A DNA stretch of 64,000 nucleotides from Alloascoidea hylecoeti (lineage: Eukaryota). The position numbers were made by a program, and so were the translations under genes. The DNA lies in the NCBI GenBank assembly GCA_001600815.1, contig BCKZ01000005.1:619727-683726 (forward strand). The letters run 5' to 3'. Position 1 is the stretch's first letter, and the number at the start of each line of letters is the position of its first letter. Below, one piece after another: positions 1-12,128 of this stretch. The notes below the pieces were generated by a model, which saw only the letters and a list, made by a program, of their open reading frames with translations, was not told the origin of the DNA and ran no database searches.

Positions 1-703
1 AATAAAACCCAAATCTACAATAAATTTAAAGTATTTGGAATCCTTTCTTCTTTCAGCACCGATAATTTGAGAAACTCGCCCTTACGAGGTTGTTCTGAAG
101 TTCAGGTTATAGCCCATACCCTGTTTTCTAGTTAATTATATTATCTATAGCTATTATTTTAAATATCAATTAATATTTTATATACACGATAAGCTGAGTT
201 AAAAAAGGATTATAGAAAACGTAAAGAGTGAAGGAAGTGGCCGGCTATTTAGTTCAAAAGGGAGCCAAATATTAGTTACCAACATTGCCAACATTGCCGC
301 ATCAAGTGACCGAACTTAAGTGTATAATAGCGTTTCCGTAAAAATTGAAGCTTATAAGGTTACATGTGTGGTACAGATTAAGGGACAATAATTGATTTCT
401 TTAATGGATATTACTTTTTAAAATCTGTATTATTAGTTTTAACTCTTTAAAATATATAAATGTAATGTAAAAGAAAGAAGAAAAAAAAAAGAGAGGTTAT
501 AATTATATTATAATTAAAATGGAATGGGAATGAGCCAAGCTATTCAATTAAATTTCCAATTCCAAGTTGACTTAACATTCAAGAGAAAAGCAACAAAAAT
601 AACAAAATAACATGAAATAAAAATAAATAGAGGGATGATAAATAACATATAAAAAAAACCTCCTATCAACACCGCCAGATCTAGAATTAGAGTTTTATAA
701 AGA

Positions 704-1476
704 CTACCAGAATTTACTGGCAATTGTTAATAAGATTAAGATAATCAAGACAGCAATGATTGCATACGTAATTAATTTATTAGTTGCCATTCTTCTTGTC
801 ATTGATTTTAAAGTCCTAATACTTTTATCTACATAACCATCAGCTTCCAATAATGTATTTCTTGAATTGACAATTTGTTCTCTTTGCCCTCTTAAATCTG
901 TTAGAATACTAGCACCAATATTTTCTGTTTCATTTGCAATTCGCTGTGATTCTTTTAATCTTTGTGATGAACGTTCTAAGGAATCATTTCCTTGAAGTAA
1001 TTGTTGTCTTTGAGACAATGCAATATCATCATTTACACTTCTTCCACCAAATAATTGACGGCGGTCTTCATTTTCTACAACCTCTTTAAGTTGTCGTTTA
1101 GATTTATCAATATCTGCTTTGTATGAACGGAGTTTAGTATTGAAGGAACCACGGGAAGATGAAGATATGTTTTGAACTTCTAATGACATTTGATCAATCT
1201 AAATAATAATTTATTAGAACATAAATCCCAAAAATTAAATTCAATAAATTCCTTACAATTTCATAAGCCTCATCAATAGCACGTTCAATAGAACGAATTG
1301 TTGCTTTCCTTGGATCTAATAGAGAATTAGTTGGACGGCATTTGACACAAAAACACAAAAACCCAAGACTTACCTCCTTCCAGCGTGCTCAACTGGAGGA
1401 ACTTTTGGGTAACTTCGGTATAAGCCAACTGATAGTCTGCCTCATAGTTATTGAACAGTTCAGTAGCAGATTCCAT
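704..1476 (-). CDS. VTI1: v-SNARE Vti1; 3 exons: 1476-1374, 1315-1257, 1198-704
   Basis: Splicing GTAAGT..TAG (1373-1316) and GTAAGG..TAG (1256-1199) gives MESATELFNNYEADYQLAY...IERAIDEAYEIIDQMSLEVQN...; SNARE coil (ETENIGASILTDLRGQREQI) and C-terminal TM anchor. Confidence 0.93.
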
Positions 1477-1549
1477 GATTTTTATATACGTGTGTGAGAT
1501 TTAAAGAGGTTTATAGGAAAGTGAAACTGATTGTTGCCACAATATTCGG

Positions 1550-1556
1550 TTACCCG
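1550..1556 (+). promoter_or_regulatory. Reb1-type site TTACCCG in the ~160-bp divergent VTI1/YAH1 promoter
   Basis: Exact TTACCCG midway between two divergent ATGs; function inferred from the S. cerevisiae Reb1 consensus. Confidence 0.5.
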
Positions 1557-1637
1557 GACCTTTTATGCTTATAGAGACACATTTTATTTCATTTTTATTT
1601 TAAATTTATTCAAATTGTTGGTTTTGGAACGGAAAAA

Positions 1638-2393
1638 ATGTTCAAACAGTCCCTGTTTTATGCTGGGAAAAGGGCTTCCATGGCTTTAAGGGTTAACAAG
1701 AGTACAATCAACCCACTGTTATTTCAATATAATACAAATTTCAGGATACCAAATTATAGGCTTTTTTCGTCAAGTGCAGTTATGAATCATGGCCATTTAA
1801 AGAAACCAAAACCTGGTGAAGAGTATGTTAAAACCATAATATCTTTATGTGTGGTTTTAAGAGTGGAAATCTGACAATTTCATTAATATTAGACTGCATA
1901 TCACATTTATAACTAAAGATGCTGAACAATTTACATTTGAAGTCGCTGAAGGTGATAATCTGCTAGATATAGCACAGGCAAATGATCTTGATATGGAAGG
2001 TTCGTATATCATCTTCGTTACTATTACATTGGATACACCGGATGTTATGGTTTATACTAACTGGCTACTTTATTTTAGGTGCTTGTGGAGGATCTTGTGC
2101 TTGTTCTACTTGTCATATTATTGTGGATCCTGAGTATTACGATCTCATTGAAGAGCCTGATGATGATGAAAATGATATGTTAGATTTGGCTTTCGGCTTA
2201 ACTGAAACGTAAGTACGAAGTATCCTACTTCTGTTGATATTATATGATGATCAAAACTAATTCAGTTATATATGTTATATATCATAGATCTCGACTAGGA
2301 TGTCAAGTTAAAATGACTAAAGAACTAGATGGAATACGAGTAGCTTTACCTTCTATGACGCGGAATTTACAAATGGGCGATTTTAATAAATGA
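1638..2393 (+). CDS. YAH1: Mitochondrial [2Fe-2S] ferredoxin; 4 exons: 1638-1822, 1893-1999, 2079-2208, 2288-2393
   Basis: Presequence-like N-terminus; spliced product has [14 protein letters not shown] and [14 protein letters not shown]. Introns GTATGT..TAG, GTTCGT..TAG, GTAAGT..TAG keep frame. Confidence 0.95.
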
Positions 2394-2679
2394 GGTTTTT
2401 AATCCTTTTTCCATAAAGTCTGAGTTCTCCAGAAGGTTAACAATTGTGATTATGTCAACTCGTGACATATCTCTTCAAAATGTCTTCCTTGTTTCATTAT
2501 TTATACTATAACCAAAATCTAATGCATATATATATATATATATATAGAACATAAAAAGGATGTATTGTATATAGTCTATCCCTAAATTCTTTATAACCGA
2601 TATATATTTATTGATGTTGCGCTATTTGAAATTGTAAACATGTTTAATATATTAATCACCGATACGACCGATAAGAGCT

Positions 2680-3930
2680 TTACCATCCTCTCCAAACAAT
2701 CCAAATATCTATGATAACACTATTATCATCAACAATATAAAGATAAGGAAATGAAGCACAATTGATACAAACATGTTGGGGTAAAATGCAAAGTCTTTGA
2801 CCAATTTCAGGAAATTTTGTTGTTTTATCTGATTCTAAAGGTGTTAAAATTCCATGTTCTTGACTAACTCTTCCAACAATCCAATTTTCAAAACCTTTTG
2901 GTTTATAAACTTTACCTTCTCCTGGAAAAGGACCAACTTCTCTTGTTAAAGAAGTTACTCCAGCATTAATTAAAACCTCACCTGGTGGTTTATCTCCTCT
3001 ATTTGGATAATGTGAAATAACATCAGCAACAACATAACCAGAAATATCTTCATAACCAACACAACCTGTTGCAACTTGTTGTAAATCGCACATTGGATAA
3101 TTACCAGCATGAATTTCCAATTTCCCATTAAGTTGTTCAACTGCTATAGACTCTAATATTGAGGAGGCATGAGCAGTTGGTGTAGCTCCAACTCCTAAAT
3201 GTAATTTTAAAGAAGGATCAATCTCAAGAGCAAGTTTACTTGCTTTATTTGCAGCTTCAATTTCTTGTTTTAAAAAACTTTTTGCAGAATCAATTGATCT
3301 TGAGCCATATGAATGACCAGCATGACAATAAAATCCATATAATGAAACAAAATCTTTAACTAAAGGATCTAATAGAATTGTTTTTAAAATATCATTAAAA
3401 TCAGAAGATCCAGTTTCTTGTCCTGCTCTATGACTACCCATATCAACCTTAAAATATAATGACCATTTTTTATTGTAATTATGTTTTTCACTATATTCTG
3501 CTAACATTTTAATTTGCCTTACATCATCAACCATAACCCTTAAATGTTTAACAATTCCACTTAATTCAACCAAATCATCAATTATATATTTAGATGGTGG
3601 TAAACTATATAAAACATCATCAATTAGACCTTCTTTAATTAAATCTTCAAGCATATGACCTTCAAGAATAGTTGAAATTATAACTCTTGAAACTTGTCCA
3701 TTACCTAATTGTAATCTAGTACCTTCAATTGTTTTATGAGTTTTAACATGAGCACGGAATAAAACATTTAATTTTGAAGCATTTTGAATCATCTTTTGAC
3801 AATTTTTAATAAAACTTGATTTATTAATTATGAAAGCTGGTGTTGGAATATCATTAATTGTTTTCCCTTTATATTTTGAAAGAAGAGTTTCTTTATTGGA
3901 AAATGCATCAAATCTATTTGGTTCTGGCAT
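2680..3930 (-). CDS. DSD1: D-serine dehydratase (fold-type III PLP, Zn-dependent)
   Basis: FRAHVKTHKT (PLP Lys), HAGHSY, VGATPT, SQEHG and PQHVC motifs. Confidence 0.88.
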   Translation of the reverse strand: MPEPNRFDAFSNKETLLSKYKGKTINDIPTPAFIINKSSFIKNCQKMIQNASKLNVLFRAHVKTHKTIEGTRLQLGNGQVSRVIISTILEGHMLEDLIKEGLIDDVLYSLPPSKYIIDDLVELSGIVKHLRVMVDDVRQIKMLAEYSEKHNYNKKWSLYFKVDMGSHRAGQETGSSDFNDILKTILLDPLVKDFVSLYGFYCHAGHSYGSRSIDSAKSFLKQEIEAANKASKLALEIDPSLKLHLGVGATPTAHASSILESIAVEQLNGKLEIHAGNYPMCDLQQVATGCVGYEDISGYVVADVISHYPNRGDKPPGEVLINAGVTSLTREVGPFPGEGKVYKPKGFENWIVGRVSQEHGILTPLESDKTTKFPEIGQRLCILPQHVCINCASFPYLYIVDDNSVIIDIWIVWRGW

Positions 3931-4117
3931 CTTTTGTAGTCAATTATAAAGGTTATAAAATAAATAATTCAAAATGTTTAAATGTAGGTTTGTTTTAAAA
4001 AGGAGTTGATGATCTGGATGTAAAAAAGGTATAATATGACAGCCAATCATAAGCAATATTAGTTTCAATATTAAAAGAAAAGGTAAAAAACATCAAAATA
4101 TCAAAACATCAAAAATC

Positions 4118-4196
4118 AAATAAATAAATAAATAAATAAATAAATAGATAAATAAATAGATAAATAAATAGATAAATAAATAGATAAATAAATAGA
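4118..4196. repeat. (TAAA)n grading into (TAGATAAATAAA)n microsatellite
   Basis: Seen directly. Confidence 0.9.
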
Positions 4197-4267
4197 CTTT
4201 TGTAGGTAGTGCACCAGTAAAAAAAAGCAATTAGAGCTTATACATACTTTATGAGATACAGTAATAT

Positions 4268-4300
4268 CCACGTGATGGACTCAATATATACCACGTGATG
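4268..4300. promoter_or_regulatory. Two direct copies of CCACGTGATG (bHLH Cbf1/Pho4/Tye7-type E-box) between divergent DSD1 and the F-box/WD40 gene
   Basis: CCACGTGATG at 4268-4277 and 4291-4300. Confidence 0.55.
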
Positions 4301-4644
4301 CAGCAAATATTAATAGTATGCGCAAACTAGTTGTTAAGTCGTGTGGGTTGTTGTATGCATCCATGCATTGTATTTGCATATTTTGGTTTCCATTTCCTAA
4401 ACGGGTTGTCGTGTATAGTATGTGTTGTATAGCTTTTTACGGAAATAAACTTTACGCTCGACTGTATAGTATAACCCGCATGATTTATAGGTTTGACCGT
4501 TTGAGGTGAAAGAGCAATGGTGAGACTACTTTTTTTTTTTCTTCTATACCGTACAAAAAATTAAGTAACGATTATTCATCATATATTAAAAACGGCATTA
4601 TTTTATCAATATTGATTTAAACTCATACTACTACATGAGTAACA

Positions 4645-5949
4645 ATGAATCTTGAGACTAGAATCGATTTTGTTGATTATTTCCCTTATGAAATAAAGGA
4701 TTTAATCCTCAGACTATTATCACAAAAAACTTTACTTCGTTGTAGAGAAGTATCTAAATCATGGAAACAAACAGCTGAAAATGATGATATATGGAAATCA
4801 AAATTTAAAGATCAAAATTATTGGAAATACTGCAACGACGATTCAGAGACTGATTCATGGTATGAATTATATAAAGAGCGTTATCTTTTAGAATTGAATT
4901 GGAAAAATGATAAATTTACACAACGTATATTAAGTGGTCATTCTGGCTTAACAACTTGTGTTAAATTTTATAAAAATTGGATTTTAACTGGTTCCGAAGA
5001 TTGTACAATTAGAATTTGGGATAGTGAAACTTTTCAATGTTTAAAAGTTATTGGTGAACCAGATCCTGAGATTTTAAAACAATTAAATGCCCAAGATTCT
5101 ACTATTTTAAGAGGTGAGCCATCAATAGTCGATATCGAAATATTGGAATTATGCAGAACAAAAAATTTCAATATCAAATTCCATCTGGATACTGTTACAA
5201 GTATTGATATTAATGATAAATATTTCATTTCTAGTTCATCGGATGGGGTTTGTATAATTTGGAAATTACCGGATTTTAAACCAATAGATCGTCTAAAAAT
5301 ATCACAAAACTATGGTATCGTTTTATACAACGATTATATTGTATGTGATAATCATGAATCTATACTGGTTTGGAAATCAAATCTCGGTACGCGTAATTTA
5401 GAAAATCAACGACAGTTTAATTTACAGTACACTTTAGAAGGAGAATATTGGGGTAATATTTGTATCCATAATGATATTATATATCGTAATCAATCCACAG
5501 AGATAATAGGATCCTGGAATATTGAAACTGGTCAATTGATCCAAGAATTTCAAGATAATCAACTATGGTTCATGACAGTAGAGGATCAAAACTTATTTGC
5601 TACTGTTTACGACAACAAAATAACAGTTCGGGACTTACAATCAAATGAATTAATAAATATTATACCAAATGATTTCAAAGGATTTGAATATACACCTGAA
5701 TTATTTATAGTTGATAATAAAATCATTTGTGTTGATAATGATTGTACTATTTGGATTTGGAATTTAAATGATCGAAAATTATTTAAAACATACGAAACTT
5801 TTAATCCTCGAAACTTAGGTTTTAGATATTCTTGGTCAGTTGATGCAGATTCGAAAAAGATATCGATGGCTGCTTGTACTTTAGATGGTGATCTTGTCAT
5901 TTATGATTATACTAAAGATTTAAGAAAAAGATATTTACAACATTTATAA
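4645..5949 (+). CDS. F-box/WD40 protein (divergent Met30/Cdc4/beta-TrCP-like SCF substrate receptor), intronless
   Basis: F-box RIDFVDYFPYEIKDLILRLL...VSKSW; linker WYELYKERYLLELNW; WD repeat LSGHSGLTTCVKF...LTGSEDCTIRIWD; later repeats degenerate. Confidence 0.85.
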   Translation: MNLETRIDFVDYFPYEIKDLILRLLSQKTLLRCREVSKSWKQTAENDDIWKSKFKDQNYWKYCNDDSETDSWYELYKERYLLELNWKNDKFTQRILSGHSGLTTCVKFYKNWILTGSEDCTIRIWDSETFQCLKVIGEPDPEILKQLNAQDSTILRGEPSIVDIEILELCRTKNFNIKFHLDTVTSIDINDKYFISSSSDGVCIIWKLPDFKPIDRLKISQNYGIVLYNDYIVCDNHESILVWKSNLGTRNLENQRQFNLQYTLEGEYWGNICIHNDIIYRNQSTEIIGSWNIETGQLIQEFQDNQLWFMTVEDQNLFATVYDNKITVRDLQSNELINIIPNDFKGFEYTPELFIVDNKIICVDNDCTIWIWNLNDRKLFKTYETFNPRNLGFRYSWSVDADSKKISMAACTLDGDLVIYDYTKDLRKRYLQHL

Positions 5950-6238
5950 TTTATTAAAAATAAACATCATTGCTTAATTATAAACAAATTTCAATAGAAA
6001 CTATTATCACCATTTAATTTGTAAATCTACTGGTGTTAGCCAGGATACTAGAACTACTAGTGTACCAGTATAAATCTAGATACGGGAAATTTAATGTCTT
6101 CTACGTAGAGATTTAAAGAAAAGCTACCAACAATAGTGGCCAGACTGCTGTGAAGTTAGAACACAGATAATTAATAAACGTATAACTGAACAATCGATTA
6201 ATACAATTTATTTATATCGATCTGTGCCCACTCCAGGT

Positions 6239-6239
<1 letters not shown>

Positions 6240-6281
<42 letters not shown>

Positions 6282-6362
6282 NAACTTTAACTTACGAATA
6301 GTTATTAATATAAGGTATATATATATAAGAATAAAGCTTATATCGCGATTCAGATCTTCAAG

Positions 6363-6411
<49 letters not shown>
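6240..6411 (+). repeat. Two long poly(A) tracts (6240-6284 with one N; 6365-6411) bracketing an 80-nt segment
   Basis: Seen directly. Confidence 0.85.
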
Positions 6412-6413
<2 letters not shown>

Positions 6414-7624
6414 TAGAGTCATATAAATTGATTCGCCATACCAAAGACCATCTATTTAAATATGTCATCCCCCAGAATTCCGTTAAGTGAGGTTTCAGGT
6501 GATTCTAATTTTAATAAGCAAAGTACAACCATCTAAAAGGGTCAAAATCTGTAATATGAGTAAAAATGGCCTCTCAATCGCTTAAATAAGTAGAAGGTTT
6601 AACATTGCATATGTGGTTCACACTCACAGTAGAGAAATGTACCAACAACTTTTCTAACATAACGCCTTCTCGAACAAAAGACCCCAGAGCACTTTCTGAA
6701 AGGGCAGTGAAGCGAATTGTGAGGGTTGTGAAAGATTTCCCTTAGAATATATGTGAGGAGCTGGCTTCAGTTCAACATTAGAATATGAAAGAACTACCCA
6801 AAGAAATTTTTTGAAAAGGCATGGATATAGGTCATTTAAATTACGGCTTGTAAATGGTATTGTAAAGACTTGCAACAATCATAGACACATAAAGTCCAAA
6901 GATATGGCCTAAATATAGATTAGAGTGAACTCAGGATGGTTGGGATGTTGTATTTTGTCAGTCGTTACAGAACTCGGACCTGAAAAAGTATAGGTGTACT
7001 ATGTTAGTACTTATTAATTATTTTGCATTAATACAATTGCAAATATTATTTTTACCTTCCCTTTTAAATTTTGATATATTCTTAATTAATAATTAATAAT
7101 TAATATATTAATATTATATATATGAATGATTCAATCAACATTATAATTTTAATTTATAATAAAACAGCATCTTTTTTTTTTTTAAAGTTATAAATAAATT
7201 TAAAATAAATAAATATTCCAATCAAATTTCAAAAAAGAAAAAAGATAATAATAATATTCCAAAAAAAAAAAAAAATTAAAACCCCATAAGATCTTTTTTT
7301 CTTTCTTTCATATATTAATATGCAATTTAAAACCCAAATTGCAATTTAAAGCTTTTGAATTTCCCTAATGCAAACAAACAAAACAAAGACAAAGGTACAA
7401 TATATAGAAAAGATAAAATAGAGAAGATAAAATATAAAAATATAAAAATATAAAGACAAAGTACATTCATGATAATAAATGAAATAAAAAAAAAATTAAC
7501 ATCCTATTAAGCTTGATAATGATATGATAAGTTTATACAAGTCCTTTAATACACAACTGTTTCTTATCTCTCGCAAATTTTTTTCTTCTTTTTTTTTTTT
7601 TCATTTTATATCAACATATAATGA

Positions 7625-8828
7625 TCATAATAATGAAGATTGATCAGTATTAATAGAAACACTACTTGCAGTAGTAGTTGATGATTGAGATAAAGAATGA
7701 ACACTTCCATTCCCACTTGGACAAGATAATAAACACCAATATCTATGATAAATCCATGCTTTTTTTTGACAATCTTTTGAACAATATTTTGTACGTTTAC
7801 ATCTTCTACATTTTGCAAATTGTCTTGGAAATTCTTCCCATTTACCACATTGAAAATTTGAACATTGTCTAATACCACCGCGTTTTTCGTCTTTTCTGCA
7901 TGAATTTCTCATAATTGCTCCTGACCAATATTGAAAATCTTGTTGAAAAATTTGTCTAACAGTAAATTTTTCAACAATTGGGAAAATATTAATTTTTGAA
8001 ATTAAGTATTCTTCATCAATATCATCATTTGAATTAAAATCATAATTATCATAATCCCATTTTTTTTTCATCCCTATTGATTTATGTGTTGAATTTGTTG
8101 ATGTTGAAGAAATTAATGAACATGGTGATTTAATTTTATTTAAAAAATTTGTAATTAAACAAGATTCATTATTATTTGCCAAAATTGAAGTTGATCTAAT
8201 TGACATTTTTGGAATAATATGAGAAAATTGTAAAAAAGGTTTTAAATATGAATATTTTGAAATAAAAGCTAATAATTGTAAAGACCAAATAACATCATCA
8301 TCTCTTGGTATTAATATAGATTCTTTAAAAAATCTTGGTGTTGATGGTATACCATTATTTGTTGATGAATTATTATTTGTTGGTGTTGTTAAAAACCTTT
8401 GTGGTGGTTGTGGTTGGGTTTGTTGTTGTTGCTGCTGTTGTTGTGGTATATTCGTTTGTTCTTGTTCAGGATTAATAATTCTTGGTTCTGGAGTTACAGA
8501 GCTTTGTTCACCATCTAATTCATTCATTTCTAATGAAATTTGTTGTGTTGTACGTACATTTGTTCTTGTTGTTCTTGGATTTATTATATTTTCAAAATCT
8601 CTTGTATTTATTATTTCACGTTCTCTCGAATTTATTATATTTTCACGTTCTCTTGCATTTATAATATTTTCACGTTCTGTTCTTGCAGCACTTGGGATTG
8701 AAAAATTAGTTGTTGTTTGTTCTGAATCTTCAGAAGTATCCATTGCATTTGAATTTGCATTTGAATTTGTATTTGAATTTGTATTTATATTTATATTTGT
8801 ATTTGAAAAATTATTATTATTATTGTTA

Positions 8829-8872
<44 letters not shown>

Positions 8873-9736
8873 TGAAATTTGTCGTTGTTGATAACTTTGT
8901 AATCTTGCAATTCTTGCATCAACAATTGGAACTTGTTGAGAATTAATTTGATTTAAATCACCAACAGTTAAATTTCTATTCATTTCTCCTTCACCTTGAA
9001 CATGTCTTCTAATTTGTGCACGTATAGTACCATTTCTATTATGATTATGTTGATGTGTATGTTGTATTTCATCTTCACTTATATTATATTGAGTATTTGG
9101 AGAATCATAACCTGATTGATGAGAATTATTCCTTGATAATGATAAGTCAGCAACTTGTTGATTTAAAATAGGAAATGGAAATTCATTATTAATTGAATCA
9201 ATTGGTGGTGGTGGTGGAGGAGGTGAGGGTAAAATTGGTAAAGTCATTGATGAATTAATATTAATATTTGAAGAATATGACTGACGATTTAATGAATAAC
9301 CTAAAGGATTATGAGAATGTGTTGCATTGATTAATTTCATTATATCATTAACAATTTGATAATTATCTAAAACAGTTGCAATTATTGGAATTAAACCAAC
9401 TTCAGCTAATCTTTTTCTAATTGATTCTGTACCTCTTGTTCCCACAAGTACTAAACATTGAAATGCTAAAGTCCATTTCCATGCACACAAAGATTCTTGT
9501 TCAGGAGTTTCTGGTTTACATTCTTTTAATATTGAAATCAACCTTTCTAATCCTCCATCATTGCATAAAGTTTCTCTTACTTTTCCAGAGGATGATGCAA
9601 GGTAAGTTAAATGGTTGAGAGAATTAACTAATGGTCGATCACTTGTACAATCTAATGCTCGTCTATCATATAAGATTGTTGTTATTGAAATGGCAGCTCT
9701 ATTTGCATGAACATTTTTATAATTTGAATCACGCAT
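7625..9736 (-). CDS. MUB1: MYND zinc-finger protein Mub1/SamB
   Basis: N-terminal YDRRALDCTSDRPLVNSLNHLTYL; C-terminal GGIRQC..CGKWE..FAKCRRCKRTKYCSKDCQKKAW..HRYWC; internal poly-Asn and Gln tracts. Confidence 0.92.
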
Positions 9737-11357
9737 TTCTATTGTATAGTTATATTAATTATTTGTTGATGTTGATATTATTTATTTGTAGATTTGAAGA
9801 TTTGAAGATTTGAAGAAAGTGGCAAAACCCACAATTAATTTTTTGCAGATAACACAACACAGAACAAAAACCAAAAATTAAAAGATTTGTAATAGATCTG
9901 CAAAAAGCTTTATTGATTTGAATTTGGTTTTTGTTGTAATATCGATATTTTTTATGAATAAGACTACTTTTTTTCTATTATTAAAGAAAAAGATATGAAA
10001 GAAGTCAGTAAAAGGTATGAAAATCAAAAGATAAAAGGAGGTGGGCGAATAATCATCAACCAACCGACCAACCAACCAATCTCCTCGGATTGGAAATCTC
10101 AACCACCCACTTCCATAACAGTAGCAACGAATATCAATAACTTACAACTATTCCAAACTTGAAGAACCGAAAGATGAAAATCAAGAAGAAAGAAAAGACA
10201 GAAAGATGAAAAGACCGTGTGGCGTTCCAATTAAAATCCATATTGCTCCAAAAAACACGGGTCACGTGCTCTGTTTTGCCACCAGATTTCTGCACAAATC
10301 GCCTGCTTGCAACTTAAACATTCGTTTTTCACGGCGCATTTCTCTTACTGCAGGGGAGCGAATCCTTTCCCCATTGTCCATCCGATGTGTCCTAGTGAAT
10401 AATACTAAACATAGTGGCATGGAGTTGACGTTTTGTTCCCGCGGGGTTTTCCCTGATCCTAGATTACTAACACGACGAAGATCCGCCCTTTACTAATATT
10501 ATGTATGAGATCGGCATTATTTGTCCCGACTGTGCATTTATAGGCTCTTCTTTTTGGGTTTACTCCAAACGCTCCCACCATAATTGACCTCCTCTCCCTT
10601 TAATATATCCATTAATGTGATCAAAGGATTAAATTTATTTATCTGCAGGGTATTATAACGTTAACGTCCTGCAGCTTATGAACTTCGAAATTCTATAATA
10701 TCTATGATTAGTAATGATAATGTTCAAGTATGAATGAATGTTCCATATCATGGTCAAGTGTAAAGAATTTCAGGAATCCTTTAGCATTAATGATTATTAA
10801 TTAAGCTTAAGCTCTATTGTTTATAACAATCACATAATGATCTAAAGTATCAAACAGCGAAATAAAATGTCAAAACGTATCGAATATTCTCGTGATCATG
10901 ATGAGATATTTTAATACTGGTATAATACCTCTGTTGTTTAATTTTCCGAGTAATTTGTCATTATCAAATAAATGCACATTAAAATTAAATGTCTAATTAC
11001 TAGGAATATATTTGTAGCTCTTAGTAATTAAATAATTATAGAATTGTATCATAAATTGTATCATAATTGTTTTAACCATAACTAGTAGCTATCTATAACT
11101 ATAGACATTGATATTCAATACTACTAGAAATGTTTCTTGATAATTGATAATGATCATAAAATTCAATTAAAACTATAAAAGATACTACCCTATCAAGTCC
11201 CAAACAATTCAAAAAATTGTCCCTTTAAAAAATTTGAATTCTATATAAAATTTAATATAAAAAGATAACATAAAATAAAAAATAACATAATTTATATATA
11301 TATGTTATTAATTGATATTGTATAAGTGTTTGTTTATATGTATGAATTTAATAAATG

Positions 11358-12128
11358 CTACTGTTTAATTTTTCTTTTTTGTATTATGTTATCTAATGAA
11401 GTAAGTTCTGAATCTTTATTTGTATTTTTAATTGTATTTATTATTGATGTTGACATTGGATCGATTAAAGGAGATGATGATGATAAATTCCTTTGTCTTT
11501 TTCTTGATTTATTACTAAAATGAGTTCTATAATGCTGCATACAGTTGTCTTGTCTTGAAAATCTTGCTTTACAATCTTGAAACGGGCATTCATATTTTCT
11601 TTCACCTGTATGAATTCTTGTGTGTCTTGCCAAATGTCCAGAAGTTGTAAATGTTTTTTCACACAAATTACATTTATACTTTCGTATGATGACAGATGAC
11701 ATCGATCTTCTTTTCACAATTGGAGTGTTTATTGGGATTGTGGTGGTAGTGTCTGGGGATGTGGTTGGTATTGGGATAGAAGAACACATTTGGAACGGAA
11801 AGGGATTCAGTTGAGGTTGCGGTGGCTGTTGGAAAGACATCATTGTTAACGGGATTCTGGCGGAGGACTGGAAGTCAAAGGGGAAGGCCATGACCGGGAA
11901 CGAAGGCTGCTGCTGGGCCGTGGCGAAGACAAACTGCATGGGAGGGACGGAGCTGGACTGCGGAAGGGCGGGAACAATGTAGTATGGCTGCTGGCTGAGG
12001 TGAGGGAGAGGCAGCTGCTGCGGCACCGGAGTTACCGGGGTCATGGGGAGCGAGGGCTGGGGGCTGGTGGACAGCACGTGGCTGAGGGGGGGGAGCGAGA
12101 CTTTGTGCAGAAGAGGGTCGGTGCTCAT
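11358..12128 (-). CDS. NRG1: Nrg1-like C2H2 zinc-finger repressor (probable ATG at 12128)
   Basis: RKYKCNLCEKTFTTSGHLARHTRIHTGERKYECPFQDCKARFSRQDNCMQHYRTH matches the Nrg1/Nrg2 finger signature; LPPLS motif; TATA-like TATAAATATATA ~50 bp upstream of the ATG. Confidence 0.8.
   Translation of the reverse strand: MSTDPLLHKVSLPPLSHVLSTSPQPSLPMTPVTPVPQQLPLPHLSQQPYYIVPALPQSSSVPPMQFVFATAQQQPSFPVMAFPFDFQSSARIPLTMMSFQQPPQPQLNPFPFQMCSSIPIPTTSPDTTTTIPINTPIVKRRSMSSVIIRKYKCNLCEKTFTTSGHLARHTRIHTGERKYECPFQDCKARFSRQDNCMQHYRTHFSNKSRKRQRNLSSSSPLIDPMSTSIINTIKNTNKDSELTSLDNIIQKRKIKQ

Noticed and set aside
6198..6422. Poly-Phe ORF
   Set aside because: Translation of the poly(A) tracts.
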